Below are positions 51,629 through 60,864 of a stretch of 64,000 nt of DNA, piece after piece. The position numbers were made by a program, and so were the translations under genes. This DNA is from an uncultured archaeon. GTDB lineage: Archaea > Altiarchaeota > Altiarchaeia > IMC4 > SCGC-AAA252-I15. Within the stretch, counting starts at the first letter, position 1, and every line of letters starts with the position of its first letter. The stretch lies in the NCBI GenBank assembly GCA_964587725.1, contig CAZPLO010000001.1:64001-128000 (forward strand), read 5' to 3'. The notes below the pieces were generated by a model. That model had not been told where the DNA came from, did not search any database, and was given only the letters and a program-made list of their open reading frames with translations.

Positions 51629-53135
51629 AGAAGTCCACCATCCGCTGCCACATGCTCCGCCCCTTAGGCGGGGCGGGGCCGCGCCTCCTGACCGGACGGG
51701 GTTTCTGGGCGGGCTCCGGCTGCTTTACCCTACCTTTGTCGTCGTATTTCGGCTTCGCGCCATGCTTGGTCTCCCTCACCCGTATGTCCACGGTGATGGG
51801 CTGCTTCAGCGCCTCCGTCACTATTAAAGCCTGGCCGATGTTCAGCTGCTGAATCTCCTCCTCCATGCCAGAGGTGAATCCTTCGATACTCTGCCTTATC
51901 GCCTTCAAGTCGTTGGGGTTCGTCACCTTCAGTATAATCTGTGTGGTGCATTGGCTCAGCACGTTCTTGTCTATCCTAGCCGGCCGCTGGCTGACCACGC
52001 ACAGGTGGAAGCCGAACTTCCGGCCCTCTCCCGCCACGGTCCTCATGATTGTTGAACTCATGACGTCCCCGAACCCGCGTTCGGGGCAGAAGTTGTGGGA
52101 CTCCTCCACCAGGTAGAACAGCTCCGGAATCCTCCCCACCGTGCGGAGGTTGAACAATTCCTTGGTGAGGCGTGCCACCACCAGCTGCTGTATGGCAGGC
52201 GGCGTGCCCTTGAGGTTGAGTATGCTGCACTGCCCCTCAGACACCAGCCGCTCATACGGCGTCGGCTTGCCGTCGAACACCCCAGACTTCTGAAGGTCGG
52301 ACAGCCCGTCCAGCACCTTCCACTTGAACTTCGTCGGCTCCTCCTCAATCCTCTGTATCAGGTCCTGGAGGGTGTAGTTGTCGGGCATGTCCTGCAACGC
52401 AGTGTACAAAACACTCTTCTGCTTGTCCGTCAAACGGATGGGTATGAGGTCCAACAGCTCCTCCATGGTGAAGTCCGGCCGCAGCACGAACTTTTTCGCG
52501 TGGGGGTTGATTTCCGAGTCCGTGGTGTATTCGACCACCTGGTCGGCGTAGCTGTGCACCTGCACGTTGTATTTCAGCATCGCGTCGTATTCGTCGTTTT
52601 CCACGCACAAACTGCTGTATTCCCCGTGAGGGTCGATGGCCACTATGGGGAGTTTCTCCTTCATCATCTCCTCCAACACCACGGCGACGGTGTAGCTTTT
52701 ACCAGCCCCCGTCTTAGCCAACACGCTCATGTGCTTGCCTATGGCGGACTTGATGTCCAGGTACACGGGTATGTCGCTGCCCTCCAAATAGCCCATGTAG
52801 AGGCTGTTCTTCCGCCTGCTGCCCAGGCCGAGGACATCCGATATTATTTTCTTGTCGGCGAGAAACACCTTCTCCGACGGCTTGAACGGCGTCTTAGGGG
52901 AATGCACCTGCCCCCCCTCCACGTACCCGATGGTGTGCGCATGGGCCTGGGTCTCGTCCTCGTCGAAGTCGTCCAAGTAGGTTTTCAGAGAATCTATTCT
53001 GGAGAGAACCCACCCGTAGACGGGATGCTTGACCTTGATGAACGTGCCCTTCCCCACCTCCCGGTTGGTGAGCTTCATGTTGAACTCCGACGTCTTAACG
53101 CTCCCCGTCAAAACACCTATTTCCTCGCCGGCCAT
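51612..53135 (-). CDS. HerA/FtsK-like ATPase (DUF87)
   Basis: HAS barrel, HMSVLAKTGAGKS, DPHGEY, EESH.F, EGRKFG, SQRP. Confidence 0.9.
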   Translation of the reverse strand: MAGEEIGVLTGSVKTSEFNMKLTNREVGKGTFIKVKHPVYGWVLSRIDSLKTYLDDFDEDETQAHAHTIGYVEGGQVHSPKTPFKPSEKVFLADKKIISDVLGLGSRRKNSLYMGYLEGSDIPVYLDIKSAIGKHMSVLAKTGAGKSYTVAVVLEEMMKEKLPIVAIDPHGEYSSLCVENDEYDAMLKYNVQVHSYADQVVEYTTDSEINPHAKKFVLRPDFTMEELLDLIPIRLTDKQKSVLYTALQDMPDNYTLQDLIQRIEEEPTKFKWKVLDGLSDLQKSGVFDGKPTPYERLVSEGQCSILNLKGTPPAIQQLVVARLTKELFNLRTVGRIPELFYLVEESHNFCPERGFGDVMSSTIMRTVAGEGRKFGFHLCVVSQRPARIDKNVLSQCTTQIILKVTNPNDLKAIRQSIEGFTSGMEEEIQQLNIGQALIVTEALKQPITVDIRVRETKHGAKPKYDDKGRVKQPEPAQKPRPVRRRGPAPPKGRSMWQRMVDFFIEPE

Positions 53136-53163
53136 CGCTTAATTATTGGTTTATACGTAATTA

Positions 53164-53868
53164 ATGGAGATGGATTTTCACGTGATACTGGTGGAGCCCC
53201 GGTACGACGGCAACATAGGGAGTGTCGCGAGGGCGATGAAGAACTTCGGATTCAAAGACCTTATTTTAGTGAACCCGCCGGAGATAGGGTCGGAGGGCCG
53301 CCGGAACAGCATGCATGCGAGGGATATCCTGGAGAACGCGAGGAGCGTCGACTCCTTCGACGACGTCGTGGGGGAATATGATTTCCTCGTCGGCACCACC
53401 GCACAGGTGGCGGGCGACGGCAACCCCCTCAGGAATCCCGTTTTCCCGGACGGCCTCGCCAACGCCGTCGAATCCGAGGGTAAAATAGGGCTGTGTTTCG
53501 GCCGCGAAGACTACGGACTGTTGAACGACGAAATAGACCGCTGCGACGTCCTCGTAACCATACCCACGAACCGGGAGTACCCCACGTTGAACCTCTCCCA
53601 CGCCGTCTGCGTCATACTGTATGCGCTGAACCGTGAAGCCAACCGGAAGAGGATGAAGCTGAACAAATTCCGTGAACTCGACGGTGAAAGGAAGCGGGTG
53701 ATGCTCGAATACTACGACGGAATCGTCGACAGAGTATACGACAGAGACTATGAAAACGGCCTGGCCAAGAAAACCTTCCGCCACCTAATAGGCAGGGCGT
53801 TCATATCAGGCAACGAAGCCCAGACACTCATAGGCCTGCTCCGGCACGTCAGGGAGCGGCTTGGTTAG
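53164..53868 (+). CDS. trmJ: TrmJ/TrmH SPOUT RNA methyltransferase
   Basis: ILVEP..GNIGSVARAMKNFG, FGRED.GL, YPTLNLSHAV. Confidence 0.9.
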   Translation: MEMDFHVILVEPRYDGNIGSVARAMKNFGFKDLILVNPPEIGSEGRRNSMHARDILENARSVDSFDDVVGEYDFLVGTTAQVAGDGNPLRNPVFPDGLANAVESEGKIGLCFGREDYGLLNDEIDRCDVLVTIPTNREYPTLNLSHAVCVILYALNREANRKRMKLNKFRELDGERKRVMLEYYDGIVDRVYDRDYENGLAKKTFRHLIGRAFISGNEAQTLIGLLRHVRERLG

Positions 53869-54380
53869 GAGAGTTTAATCGGCCGTGGCTTGGCAGTGTA
53901 CAGGGTTCCTTTTCCGTAGGGTTTCATCTCAAAAGCGGCTAACACAACCCGGCCCTCCACCAGGCCGCCGATGAAATCCAACGGCTGAACGTCAAGATCC
54001 CACCGGGCCTCGCGTATCCGTTGGCTTAAAAGACCGTCTCCCACCACCTCGTCCCGGGCGTGGACTACATAGTATGCCCTGCGGTCGCCGAGGCTCGGCC
54101 AAAGATCCCGTGCCTCCAACGGGCGGCCCTCGCTCACAGCAGCGTTGCCGGGGTGGTTGTTGAAGTCGCCGACGAACTCGAAACCCCGGCCAACCCATTC
54201 GCGGACGATTCCTTCCTGAGCCCTCGACTTCAACTCCACGGACCCGCCGTCCCCCGGAGGAACCTCGACACAGTCCGTCACCCTGCCTTTTCTGCCGAAC
54301 AACAGCAGACCGTATTCCCTGCCTTCAGCCGCACCCTGCAGTACCAATTCAGACATCCTGGCTGTGACCGACGGCGACAC
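53865..54380 (-). CDS. Hypothetical protein, JAB/MPN-like
   Basis: REYGLLLFG, FVGDFNNHP...PSLGD; start uncertain. Confidence 0.5.
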   Translation of the reverse strand: MSPSVTARMSELVLQGAAEGREYGLLLFGRKGRVTDCVEVPPGDGGSVELKSRAQEGIVREWVGRGFEFVGDFNNHPGNAAVSEGRPLEARDLWPSLGDRRAYYVVHARDEVVGDGLLSQRIREARWDLDVQPLDFIGGLVEGRVVLAAFEMKPYGKGTLYTAKPRPIKLS

Positions 54381-54548
54381 CGAAACCGGCTCCGCGGAGG
54401 AATTGAAGACGTTAAGCTCCGGAGGCGTCCGATTAGGCCGAATCTGGGCATCTAGGTCCTTTCATCTGGCGGCCGCCGGACTCCCTCAGCATGAAGGACT
54501 CTAGGAAGGATTAAGACTTAAAAGCGGTGGCGGCTTATTTATCACACT

Positions 54549-55775
54549 ATGGAAGACAAGGTGTTGCTGGAGCTGGCCGGAGAATATGGGACGCCGTTGT
54601 ACGTGTACGACGGGGATAATATCATTAAACAGTGCAGGGAGTTCAAGAACGCGTTCAAAGACTTCCCGGCTGAAGTGAAGTGCTGCTACGCCGCGAAAGC
54701 GAACACCAACCTGGCGGCGCTCACCCTCATACGAAGGGAAGGCTTCGGAGCAGACGTGGTATCCCGCGGAGAACTGGATGCCGTGCTGAAGGCGGGTTTC
54801 AATGCCGAGGACATAGTGTACACCAGCAACAGCAAGAGCAGAGCCGACCTGGAGGCTGCTGTGGAGGCGGGCGTCAACGTAACCGTCGGAAACACGCACG
54901 AGATTCGGTTGCTGAAGGAGGTGGGAGGCGACAGGGTAGCGTTCCGCGTTAACCCCGACGTCGGAGCAGACACCCACCCCAAAATATCCACTGCGTTGCG
55001 GGGGAGCAAATTCGGATTACACTTCGAAGACGACATAGCATACGATGCCGTGAAGGAGGCGGTGGACAAGGGACTGACGGTGGCTGGGATACACTGCCAC
55101 ATCGGCAGCAACATAAAAGACACCACCGCCTTCAAGGAGGCCGCGGAAAAGATGCTCGATTTCGCGGTGCGGCTGAAGGAACTGGACGTTGAACTGGGGT
55201 TCATAGACTTCGGCGGCGGACTCGGCGTACGATACAATGAAGAAGCGGTTGTGTCGCCTGCGGAGTTCGCGTCAGCCTACAGGCAGAAGATAGAGGACGG
55301 GTTGGAGGGACTAGGATACACGCCTCGGGTGTGGTTCGAGCCGGGCAGATACGTCGTCGCCGAAGCAGGGGTGTTGCTGGCGCGGGTCAACAGCGTCAAG
55401 CAGACCCCTGAAAAGAGGTTCGTGAACGTGGACGCCGGATTCAATGATTTAGTTAGGCCGGCGATGTACGACGCCTACCACCGCATAAGGGTCGCGGGCA
55501 AGGAAGGCTCCGGATTGAAATACGATGTCGCAGGGAACCTGTGCGAGAGCGGGGACATACTCGGCAGGGACAGGATGCTGTCGAAGGTCGAAGCCGGGGA
55601 CCTGCTGGTTATTGAAAACGCAGGAGCATATGGGTTCAGCATGGCGTCCAACTACAACAGCATGCCGTTGCCTGCTGAAGTGCTGGTGCGGAAAGACAGA
55701 GTGGATGTCATAAGGGAGCGCCAGAGCATAGAGGAACTGTACGTCAGGCAGAAGGTCCCCGACGACCTTCTCTAG
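54549..55775 (+). CDS. lysA: Diaminopimelate decarboxylase
   Basis: YGTPLYVYD, YAAKAN, HCHIGS, DFGGG, EPGRY, CESGD, GAYG. Confidence 0.96.
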   Translation: MEDKVLLELAGEYGTPLYVYDGDNIIKQCREFKNAFKDFPAEVKCCYAAKANTNLAALTLIRREGFGADVVSRGELDAVLKAGFNAEDIVYTSNSKSRADLEAAVEAGVNVTVGNTHEIRLLKEVGGDRVAFRVNPDVGADTHPKISTALRGSKFGLHFEDDIAYDAVKEAVDKGLTVAGIHCHIGSNIKDTTAFKEAAEKMLDFAVRLKELDVELGFIDFGGGLGVRYNEEAVVSPAEFASAYRQKIEDGLEGLGYTPRVWFEPGRYVVAEAGVLLARVNSVKQTPEKRFVNVDAGFNDLVRPAMYDAYHRIRVAGKEGSGLKYDVAGNLCESGDILGRDRMLSKVEAGDLLVIENAGAYGFSMASNYNSMPLPAEVLVRKDRVDVIRERQSIEELYVRQKVPDDLL

Positions 55776-55989
55776 ACTCAACAGCAGCCCAGAGTTTGTC
55801 TTTGACGCTGTAGTAGAGTGTCAGCGACGGCAGCAGGAAAAACAGCGACAGAACCCACGACAGCGGGAACTCGACCGTGAAGTCATGGAACGGCGGCACC
55901 ACACCCAACAACGCCAGACTGAACGCAACCATAATACCCAATAGACTCAGCTTAAACCTCCCGCCGTAGGGAACACCACAGCACCGCAT
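55744..55989 (-). CDS. Small two-TM hypothetical protein
   Basis: Two hydrophobic segments; overlaps the lysA end. Confidence 0.45.
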   Translation of the reverse strand: MRCCGVPYGGRFKLSLLGIMVAFSLALLGVVPPFHDFTVEFPLSWVLSLFFLLPSLTLYYSVKDKLWAAVESREGRRGPSA

Positions 55990-55991
55990 CT

Positions 55992-56100
55992 TATCAAGAA
56001 CCGCCGGTCATAGACCGACGGTAGGATATACTTTTAAGGCGGTTCTTGATAGTAGATTTCCACTGGCCAACACCACCGGTCAATAGACCGGTGGAAATCT
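55992..56100. repeat. Paired inverted-repeat modules
   Basis: TATCAAGAACCGCC/GGCGGTTCTTGATA; AGATTTCCAC/GTGGAAATCT; two CGGTC-N3/4-GACCG palindromes. Confidence 0.7.
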
Positions 56101-56163
56101 CTGATTTATAAAATATTTAAAATTTTGTTTAAATAGTTTAAACTTTTCTTTAAATTGTTTAAA

Positions 56164-56445
56164 CTACCTGGTGCCGAGGCATTTTATGACGTGCCACCCG
56201 AACTGGGTGCGCACCAGCCCGGATACTTCGCCTTTCTTCAGTGCGAACGCTGCCTGTTCGAATTCGCGGACCATCTTGCCGCGGCCGAACCACCCCAGGT
56301 CACCGCCCCTCCTCTTCGAAGGACACTGTGACTTCTCCTCCGCCAACCTGGCGAAACTCTTTCCCCTCTTCAACTCATCCAACACGGCCTGTGCCTCACC
56401 CTGGTTGCCCACGAGTATGTGGGCGGCGTGAACCTCCTTAACCAT
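56164..56445 (-). CDS. ppiC: Parvulin-type peptidyl-prolyl isomerase
   Basis: [33 protein letters not shown]. Confidence 0.93.
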   Translation of the reverse strand: MVKEVHAAHILVGNQGEAQAVLDELKRGKSFARLAEEKSQCPSKRRGGDLGWFGRGKMVREFEQAAFALKKGEVSGLVRTQFGWHVIKCLGTR

Positions 56446-56534
56446 AGGATATGAACTAGGAGCAGAACTAATAAAAGTTAGGTTTCCTAACCCCACACAT
56501 AACGTTTTTAGAGAAAGTTGAGAAATGCGGTTAC

Positions 56535-57161
56535 ATGCTGGTCTTCATCGACGAATCAGGAGACGCTGGATTCAAGGTTGGAAAAGGGTCTACCAGGAAT
56601 TTCGTCGTGGCCTGCGTGATATTCGAGGATAGGTTGGATGCCGAGGAAACATCTCTTGAAATAAAGAAATTGAGACGGGATATGGGGAAGACTGAAAGAT
56701 ACGAGTTCAAGTTCTCCAGGTCAGACCATGAGACACGAAAAAGATTCCTAGAGAGAATTAGGAGATGTAAGTTCAAGTACAGGGCCGTCGTCATGGATAA
56801 GGGGAGGATATACGGGAAAGGACTTAGAAGTAGTAAGGAATCCTTCCACAGGTATACAATGAAAATGCTTTTGAAGTACAGCTTAGGAAACATCCAAAAT
56901 GCGACTTTATATGTCGACGGTTCAGGAGACCGTCAGTTCAAGAGAGACACCAATAAGTATTTAACAAGAGAAGTCAATGAGGAAGAGCAGAGAATTAAAG
57001 ACATCAAATTCAGAAATTCTAGGAATAATCAACTACTGCAGCTGGCAGATATGGTTGCTGGCGCAGTCAATTGGTCGTACCGTGAAGACAAAAAAGACGC
57101 TGGGTATTATCGTGATTTGATTAGAAAAAGAGAGGATAATGTCTGGGATTTTGGTTTATGA
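56535..57161 (+). CDS. DUF3800-family protein
   Basis: [28 protein letters not shown]; AT-richer than flanking genes. Confidence 0.88.
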   Translation: MLVFIDESGDAGFKVGKGSTRNFVVACVIFEDRLDAEETSLEIKKLRRDMGKTERYEFKFSRSDHETRKRFLERIRRCKFKYRAVVMDKGRIYGKGLRSSKESFHRYTMKMLLKYSLGNIQNATLYVDGSGDRQFKRDTNKYLTREVNEEEQRIKDIKFRNSRNNQLLQLADMVAGAVNWSYREDKKDAGYYRDLIRKREDNVWDFGL

Positions 57162-57164
57162 CGG

Positions 57165-57242
57165 GTAGCGGTATGTTGCCCTATCCCAGGGTTCCCTGGG
57201 AACGCAAACCATACGGAGACAGTTCAGACAACACACCTGTGT
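57165..57242 (-). ncRNA. Candidate DUF3800-associated structured RNA, convergent with the gene
   Basis: GGUGUGUUGUC/GGCAACAUACC 11-bp helix whose two G-U pairs work only on the minus strand; inner UCCCAGG/CCUGGGA hairpin; TATAAT just upstream. Confidence 0.65.
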
Positions 57243-57387
57243 ATTATAATCTCCTACTCAGAAGTTAAAAAGAGAGGGTATCCAAAAGAAAAGTATGAAG
57301 GACATATGAAAACGCTTAATTTCAACATTAAAGGCCTAAAAACGTAAAAATAGATGGACAGATGTAGTTGGAGAAAAAGATATTGAG

Positions 57388-57726
57388 ATGGTCAAAAAGG
57401 AGATTACAGCATGCCCAAGGTGTGGCAGTACCAACCTTAGGTTCAGTTCTGCCGGACATGGCTTCGACATAGGTGTAGCCCCCACCACTGTTAGTTGCAG
57501 GGAGTGTGAATGGACAGGAAATCCAATGAATTTCGAGTCGGAGAAGGATTATAAGAGATTTCGTGAAGCTAAAAAAGAAGAGTGGGGGAGCAGGACAGAG
57601 AAAACATTGGAAAAATCCGAGAACAATACAGAAGACATGGCATTGTTCATATTAATCGCAATTATGGTATGTTTAATGATTCTCTTTGGATTTTACACGG
57701 TTCAATCCTGGGCAAGCACACCATAG
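57388..57726 (+). CDS. Zn-ribbon protein with C-terminal TM helix
   Basis: CPRCGS...CRECEW; hydrophobic tail. Confidence 0.7.
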   Translation: MVKKEITACPRCGSTNLRFSSAGHGFDIGVAPTTVSCRECEWTGNPMNFESEKDYKRFREAKKEEWGSRTEKTLEKSENNTEDMALFILIAIMVCLMILFGFYTVQSWASTP

Positions 57727-57740
57727 AAAAGAATTACCTG

Positions 57741-59039
57741 CTACGGTGTTATCCTGTGTCTGTCCCTCGGGAACAATACACACTCCCGTATGTTGTTCAG
57801 GCCGCAGATTGCGAGTGTGATTCTGCCTGCGCCGATGCTCCATCCGCCGTGCGGGGGCATCCCGTACCGGAACGCCTTCAGGTAGAATTCGAAGTTTTCG
57901 GGGTCGAGGCCGCGGTCCGTCAATGCTTTGACTAGGTCGTCGTGGTCGTGGATACGCTGGGCGCCGGACGCCATCTCCATGCCCATGTAGTCCATGTCGA
58001 ACGCGCTGCAGCGTTCTGGGTCGTCGTCCAGCGGCCGCGAATAGAATGCGCGTATCGCCGTCGGCCAGTGTTTGATGAAAAACGGCTCCTGCAGGAGCTC
58101 GTGGAGTTTCCGCTCCCCCTCAGGCGGAATGTCTTCCCCCCACTTCAACTCCAAGCCGTTGCTGTTCAGCAAATCCAGTGCTTCATCGTATGTGACCCGC
58201 TTGAACGGCAGCTTCGGAACCCTGACTTCGCGGCCGAGGGTCTTCAGCTGCTCCGCGCATTCTTCGTTGACTTTCTCGAGTATGTAGTGGGTGACGCCCT
58301 CCAACTCCTCCAGCACCCCCTCCTCGTCGTCTATGAACGCCTTCTCAATGTCCATCTGGTATATCTCGTTCAAGTGGCGGGGGGTGTTGTGGGGTTCCGC
58401 CCGGAACACCGGCTGCGTGATGAACACCTTGTCCAGGCCGGTGCACATCATCATCTGTTTGTATAGCTGGGGGCTCTGCGCGAGAAACGCCTCCCGTTCG
58501 AAATAGGTTATGGGGAACAGGTTGGTTCCGCCTTCGCTGGCGGCCGCAATAATGCTGGGGGGAGTAATCTCCGTGAAACCCCTGCCTTGGAAGAACTCCC
58601 GGAACGACTCCTGCACCTTCGCCCTAATCCTGAATATTGCTTGGACGTTGGGTTTGCGGACGTCCATGAAACGGCTCTCCAAACGGGTGTCCAAGTCCGC
58701 GTCCACCTTCCCTGTGACGTCCAGCGGCAGAGGCGACTTCGAAACAGCCACTACCTCCAGGGATTCTGGGCTGACTTCCACGCCCCCCGGCGCCTTATTA
58801 TTGACTTTAACTGTTCCTTCGACCTTGACCACAGATTCCTTGCTGAGGCCTCCTATGGCTTCCAACAGTTTCTCGTCTGTGACGCCGTCTTTGGCGGTGA
58901 CCTGTATGAACCCGCCGCGGTCCCTCAGCACAAGGAACTTGAGTTTGCCCATGTCGCGGAGCTCGTGAACCCACCCCGCTAAAACCACGTTTCCGCCGTC
59001 TGAATCGGCCGACACCTCGTCCGAGTAGTGTGAACGCAT
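57741..59039 (-). CDS. aspS: Aspartyl-tRNA synthetase (archaeal type)
   Basis: GWVH..RD.G, LAQSPQLYKQ, FRAE, GAQR, YGMPPHGG, FPRD. Confidence 0.96.
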   Translation of the reverse strand: MRSHYSDEVSADSDGGNVVLAGWVHELRDMGKLKFLVLRDRGGFIQVTAKDGVTDEKLLEAIGGLSKESVVKVEGTVKVNNKAPGGVEVSPESLEVVAVSKSPLPLDVTGKVDADLDTRLESRFMDVRKPNVQAIFRIRAKVQESFREFFQGRGFTEITPPSIIAAASEGGTNLFPITYFEREAFLAQSPQLYKQMMMCTGLDKVFITQPVFRAEPHNTPRHLNEIYQMDIEKAFIDDEEGVLEELEGVTHYILEKVNEECAEQLKTLGREVRVPKLPFKRVTYDEALDLLNSNGLELKWGEDIPPEGERKLHELLQEPFFIKHWPTAIRAFYSRPLDDDPERCSAFDMDYMGMEMASGAQRIHDHDDLVKALTDRGLDPENFEFYLKAFRYGMPPHGGWSIGAGRITLAICGLNNIRECVLFPRDRHRITP

Positions 59040-59065
59040 CTCATCTATTAATGATTCACCCTATT

Positions 59066-59551
59066 TTAATCGAACACCAGCTCCACCTGCGAATCCGTTA
59101 AGCCGGACACCAGAGCACGGAGGTCCTCCACGTTCATGCGCAGCCTGCGGCGGTCGCCGGCTTCAACCCGTACACGTATGGACTCGCCGCCTGGGCGGTG
59201 GACGGTGTTTATGGACTTAACCCTCGCAGGCGCGATGAACGCCTTCACAGTCTCGTCGAATTCGGATTCGCTCACCACCTTCACGGGCTTGCCGACCCGC
59301 TCCATTATTGTGCGGGCGTTCACCCCCTCCCTGCCTATCAGGTTTCCGACTTCGTCCTGCTCCGTCAACACGATGACGTGGTCTGCGGTGTCGAACGCCC
59401 GGGTGAAGCATGCGCTGTCGCCGAAGAGTTCATAGAGTGTGCGGGAGACTTCCACGTCGAATTCATTGATTGCGCCGGCTGAAAGTTTACCTTCGCATTC
59501 AGGACACAGTATCTGGGATTCCGCGCATCGTCCGCAGACAGGCAGCCTCAT
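59066..59551 (-). CDS. NusA-like KH-domain protein with Zn finger
   Basis: PVC..C....LCP.C, LIGREG. Confidence 0.8.
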   Translation of the reverse strand: MRLPVCGRCAESQILCPECEGKLSAGAINEFDVEVSRTLYELFGDSACFTRAFDTADHVIVLTEQDEVGNLIGREGVNARTIMERVGKPVKVVSESEFDETVKAFIAPARVKSINTVHRPGGESIRVRVEAGDRRRLRMNVEDLRALVSGLTDSQVELVFD

Positions 59552-59577
59552 GGAAGAAGAAAGGGCTTCAGCGTATA

Positions 59578-60153
59578 TTAACGGCGGCGGTAGTCTTCCA
59601 CCAGCGGCGTGAACAGGTAGTATTTGCTGTCCCCCCTCAGCTCCTCCACTATCTTGTCCACCAGCACCTTAACGGGGTCGGGGGTGTTTTTCAGGCGGGA
59701 GCGCACGTCGTCGAAGCTCTCGAACGGCTTGATGTTCCTCTCCTCCAGTATCTCCTCGCGGTGTCGTTTCCCTATCTTAGGCAGGGTCTCCAGCTTGTGC
59801 TGGCGGGTGCTTATGCTGCCGGAGGTGTTGTAGAACTTCAAAAACTCCCCTTCGTTCTCCTCCACAATCTTCTTCAGGACGTGGGGCAGCTCCGACTTCG
59901 CCGTGGGGGTGAGCCAGTCGAACTTGATGCGGCGCTCTATGTGGTCTATCTTCTCCCGCGAGTCCTCGCCTATGTAAACCCGTTCGCCGAGGTCGAATGC
60001 GACGCCCTCCTTCGGAGACAACTCCAGAAGCGAGAAGAACTTGTCGCCGACCGCCTGGACGATGGGTTTTCGCTTGTGCGGAGGCACTTCAGACTTGCCC
60101 TTCGGAAGGTAATCTAGTATTCTAACGTGATCGTCTTTTTTCACAGCCACCAC
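59578..60153 (-). CDS. DUF655 putative RNA-binding protein
   Basis: ILDYL..G, QAVG..F.LLEL, H.LE.LP.IGK; usual neighbour of rpo4. Confidence 0.9.
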   Translation of the reverse strand: MVAVKKDDHVRILDYLPKGKSEVPPHKRKPIVQAVGDKFFSLLELSPKEGVAFDLGERVYIGEDSREKIDHIERRIKFDWLTPTAKSELPHVLKKIVEENEGEFLKFYNTSGSISTRQHKLETLPKIGKRHREEILEERNIKPFESFDDVRSRLKNTPDPVKVLVDKIVEELRGDSKYYLFTPLVEDYRRR

Positions 60154-60155
60154 CC

Positions 60156-60503
60156 CTAACGGTATTGGTCCACCACGTCGGTTATCTTTTTAATCTCTTC
60201 CTCTGTGTATTTGAAGCGTTCCTTCGCGAATATGGCGCGGATGTCGTCCACTCCCTCAGGCATCAAGTCTATTATCTTAACAATCCGCTCAGGCGACAGC
60301 GTAATGTCCAGGGCGGCTAATTTTTCAGTCATCTCGCCGGCGTCTTTGATACTGACCTTGTTGAACTTTGCCGCGTGGTCGAGCGCCCTCCTCTGCTCGT
60401 ACAGCAGCTCGATTCCCGCGTCCGCGTACTCCTTCTCCTTGGCCTTCAGTATGTCGGAGACCTCCGGCAGAGACACAGGCCTCTCCTCCACAACGTCCAT
60501 CAC
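60156..60503 (-). CDS. rpoF: RNA polymerase subunit Rpo4 (F)
   Basis: L.YEQRRALDHA.KF, KIIDLMP..DDIRAIFAKE. Confidence 0.92.
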   Translation of the reverse strand: MMDVVEERPVSLPEVSDILKAKEKEYADAGIELLYEQRRALDHAAKFNKVSIKDAGEMTEKLAALDITLSPERIVKIIDLMPEGVDDIRAIFAKERFKYTEEEIKKITDVVDQYR

Positions 60504-60784
60504 TCAACCCTCCTCAGGTGCTCCGGCGTCACCAGTATCTTCTTGTCCTGGCCGCCGTCCCGCACGGAAACGAAGTAGGCCCTCCCCTGGCTGCCCACCA
60601 CCTTCCCCGTTAAACCGTTGAACCGGGGGTGCGGTATCTTCTGGAAGGACGGGTTAATGTTTATGGAGACCATGTCGTCTTCCTCAAACTCCTGAAGCAC
60701 GGTCTTTATGCTGAGCTTCCCCTTGTCGCGGGGCTTGACCTTCAAATTCCTGGTCCTCCTCCGATAACCGTTAGAGCCTTTCAT
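60500..60784 (-). CDS. rpl21e: 50S ribosomal protein eL21
   Basis: S.GYRRRTR, PHPRFNGLTGKV, PEHL. Confidence 0.95.
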   Translation of the reverse strand: MKGSNGYRRRTRNLKVKPRDKGKLSIKTVLQEFEEDDMVSININPSFQKIPHPRFNGLTGKVVGSQGRAYFVSVRDGGQDKKILVTPEHLRRVE

Positions 60785-60864
60785 TTCACACCATAAAACC
60801 CCATGCGTAGCGCATGGGAGCTTAAGCGGAGTATAATATAGCCGCTTAGGGTATAAAAAGGCAG

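Noticed and set aside
51612-53135. HerA-like ATPase as a defence system
   Set aside because: No adjacent Sir2, NurA or nuclease partner; neighbours are housekeeping genes
52095-53381. 428-aa plus-strand ORF and similar long antisense ORFs elsewhere (e.g. 31878-32723, 40382-41317)
   Set aside because: Antisense to clearly conserved genes, with no recognisable motifs
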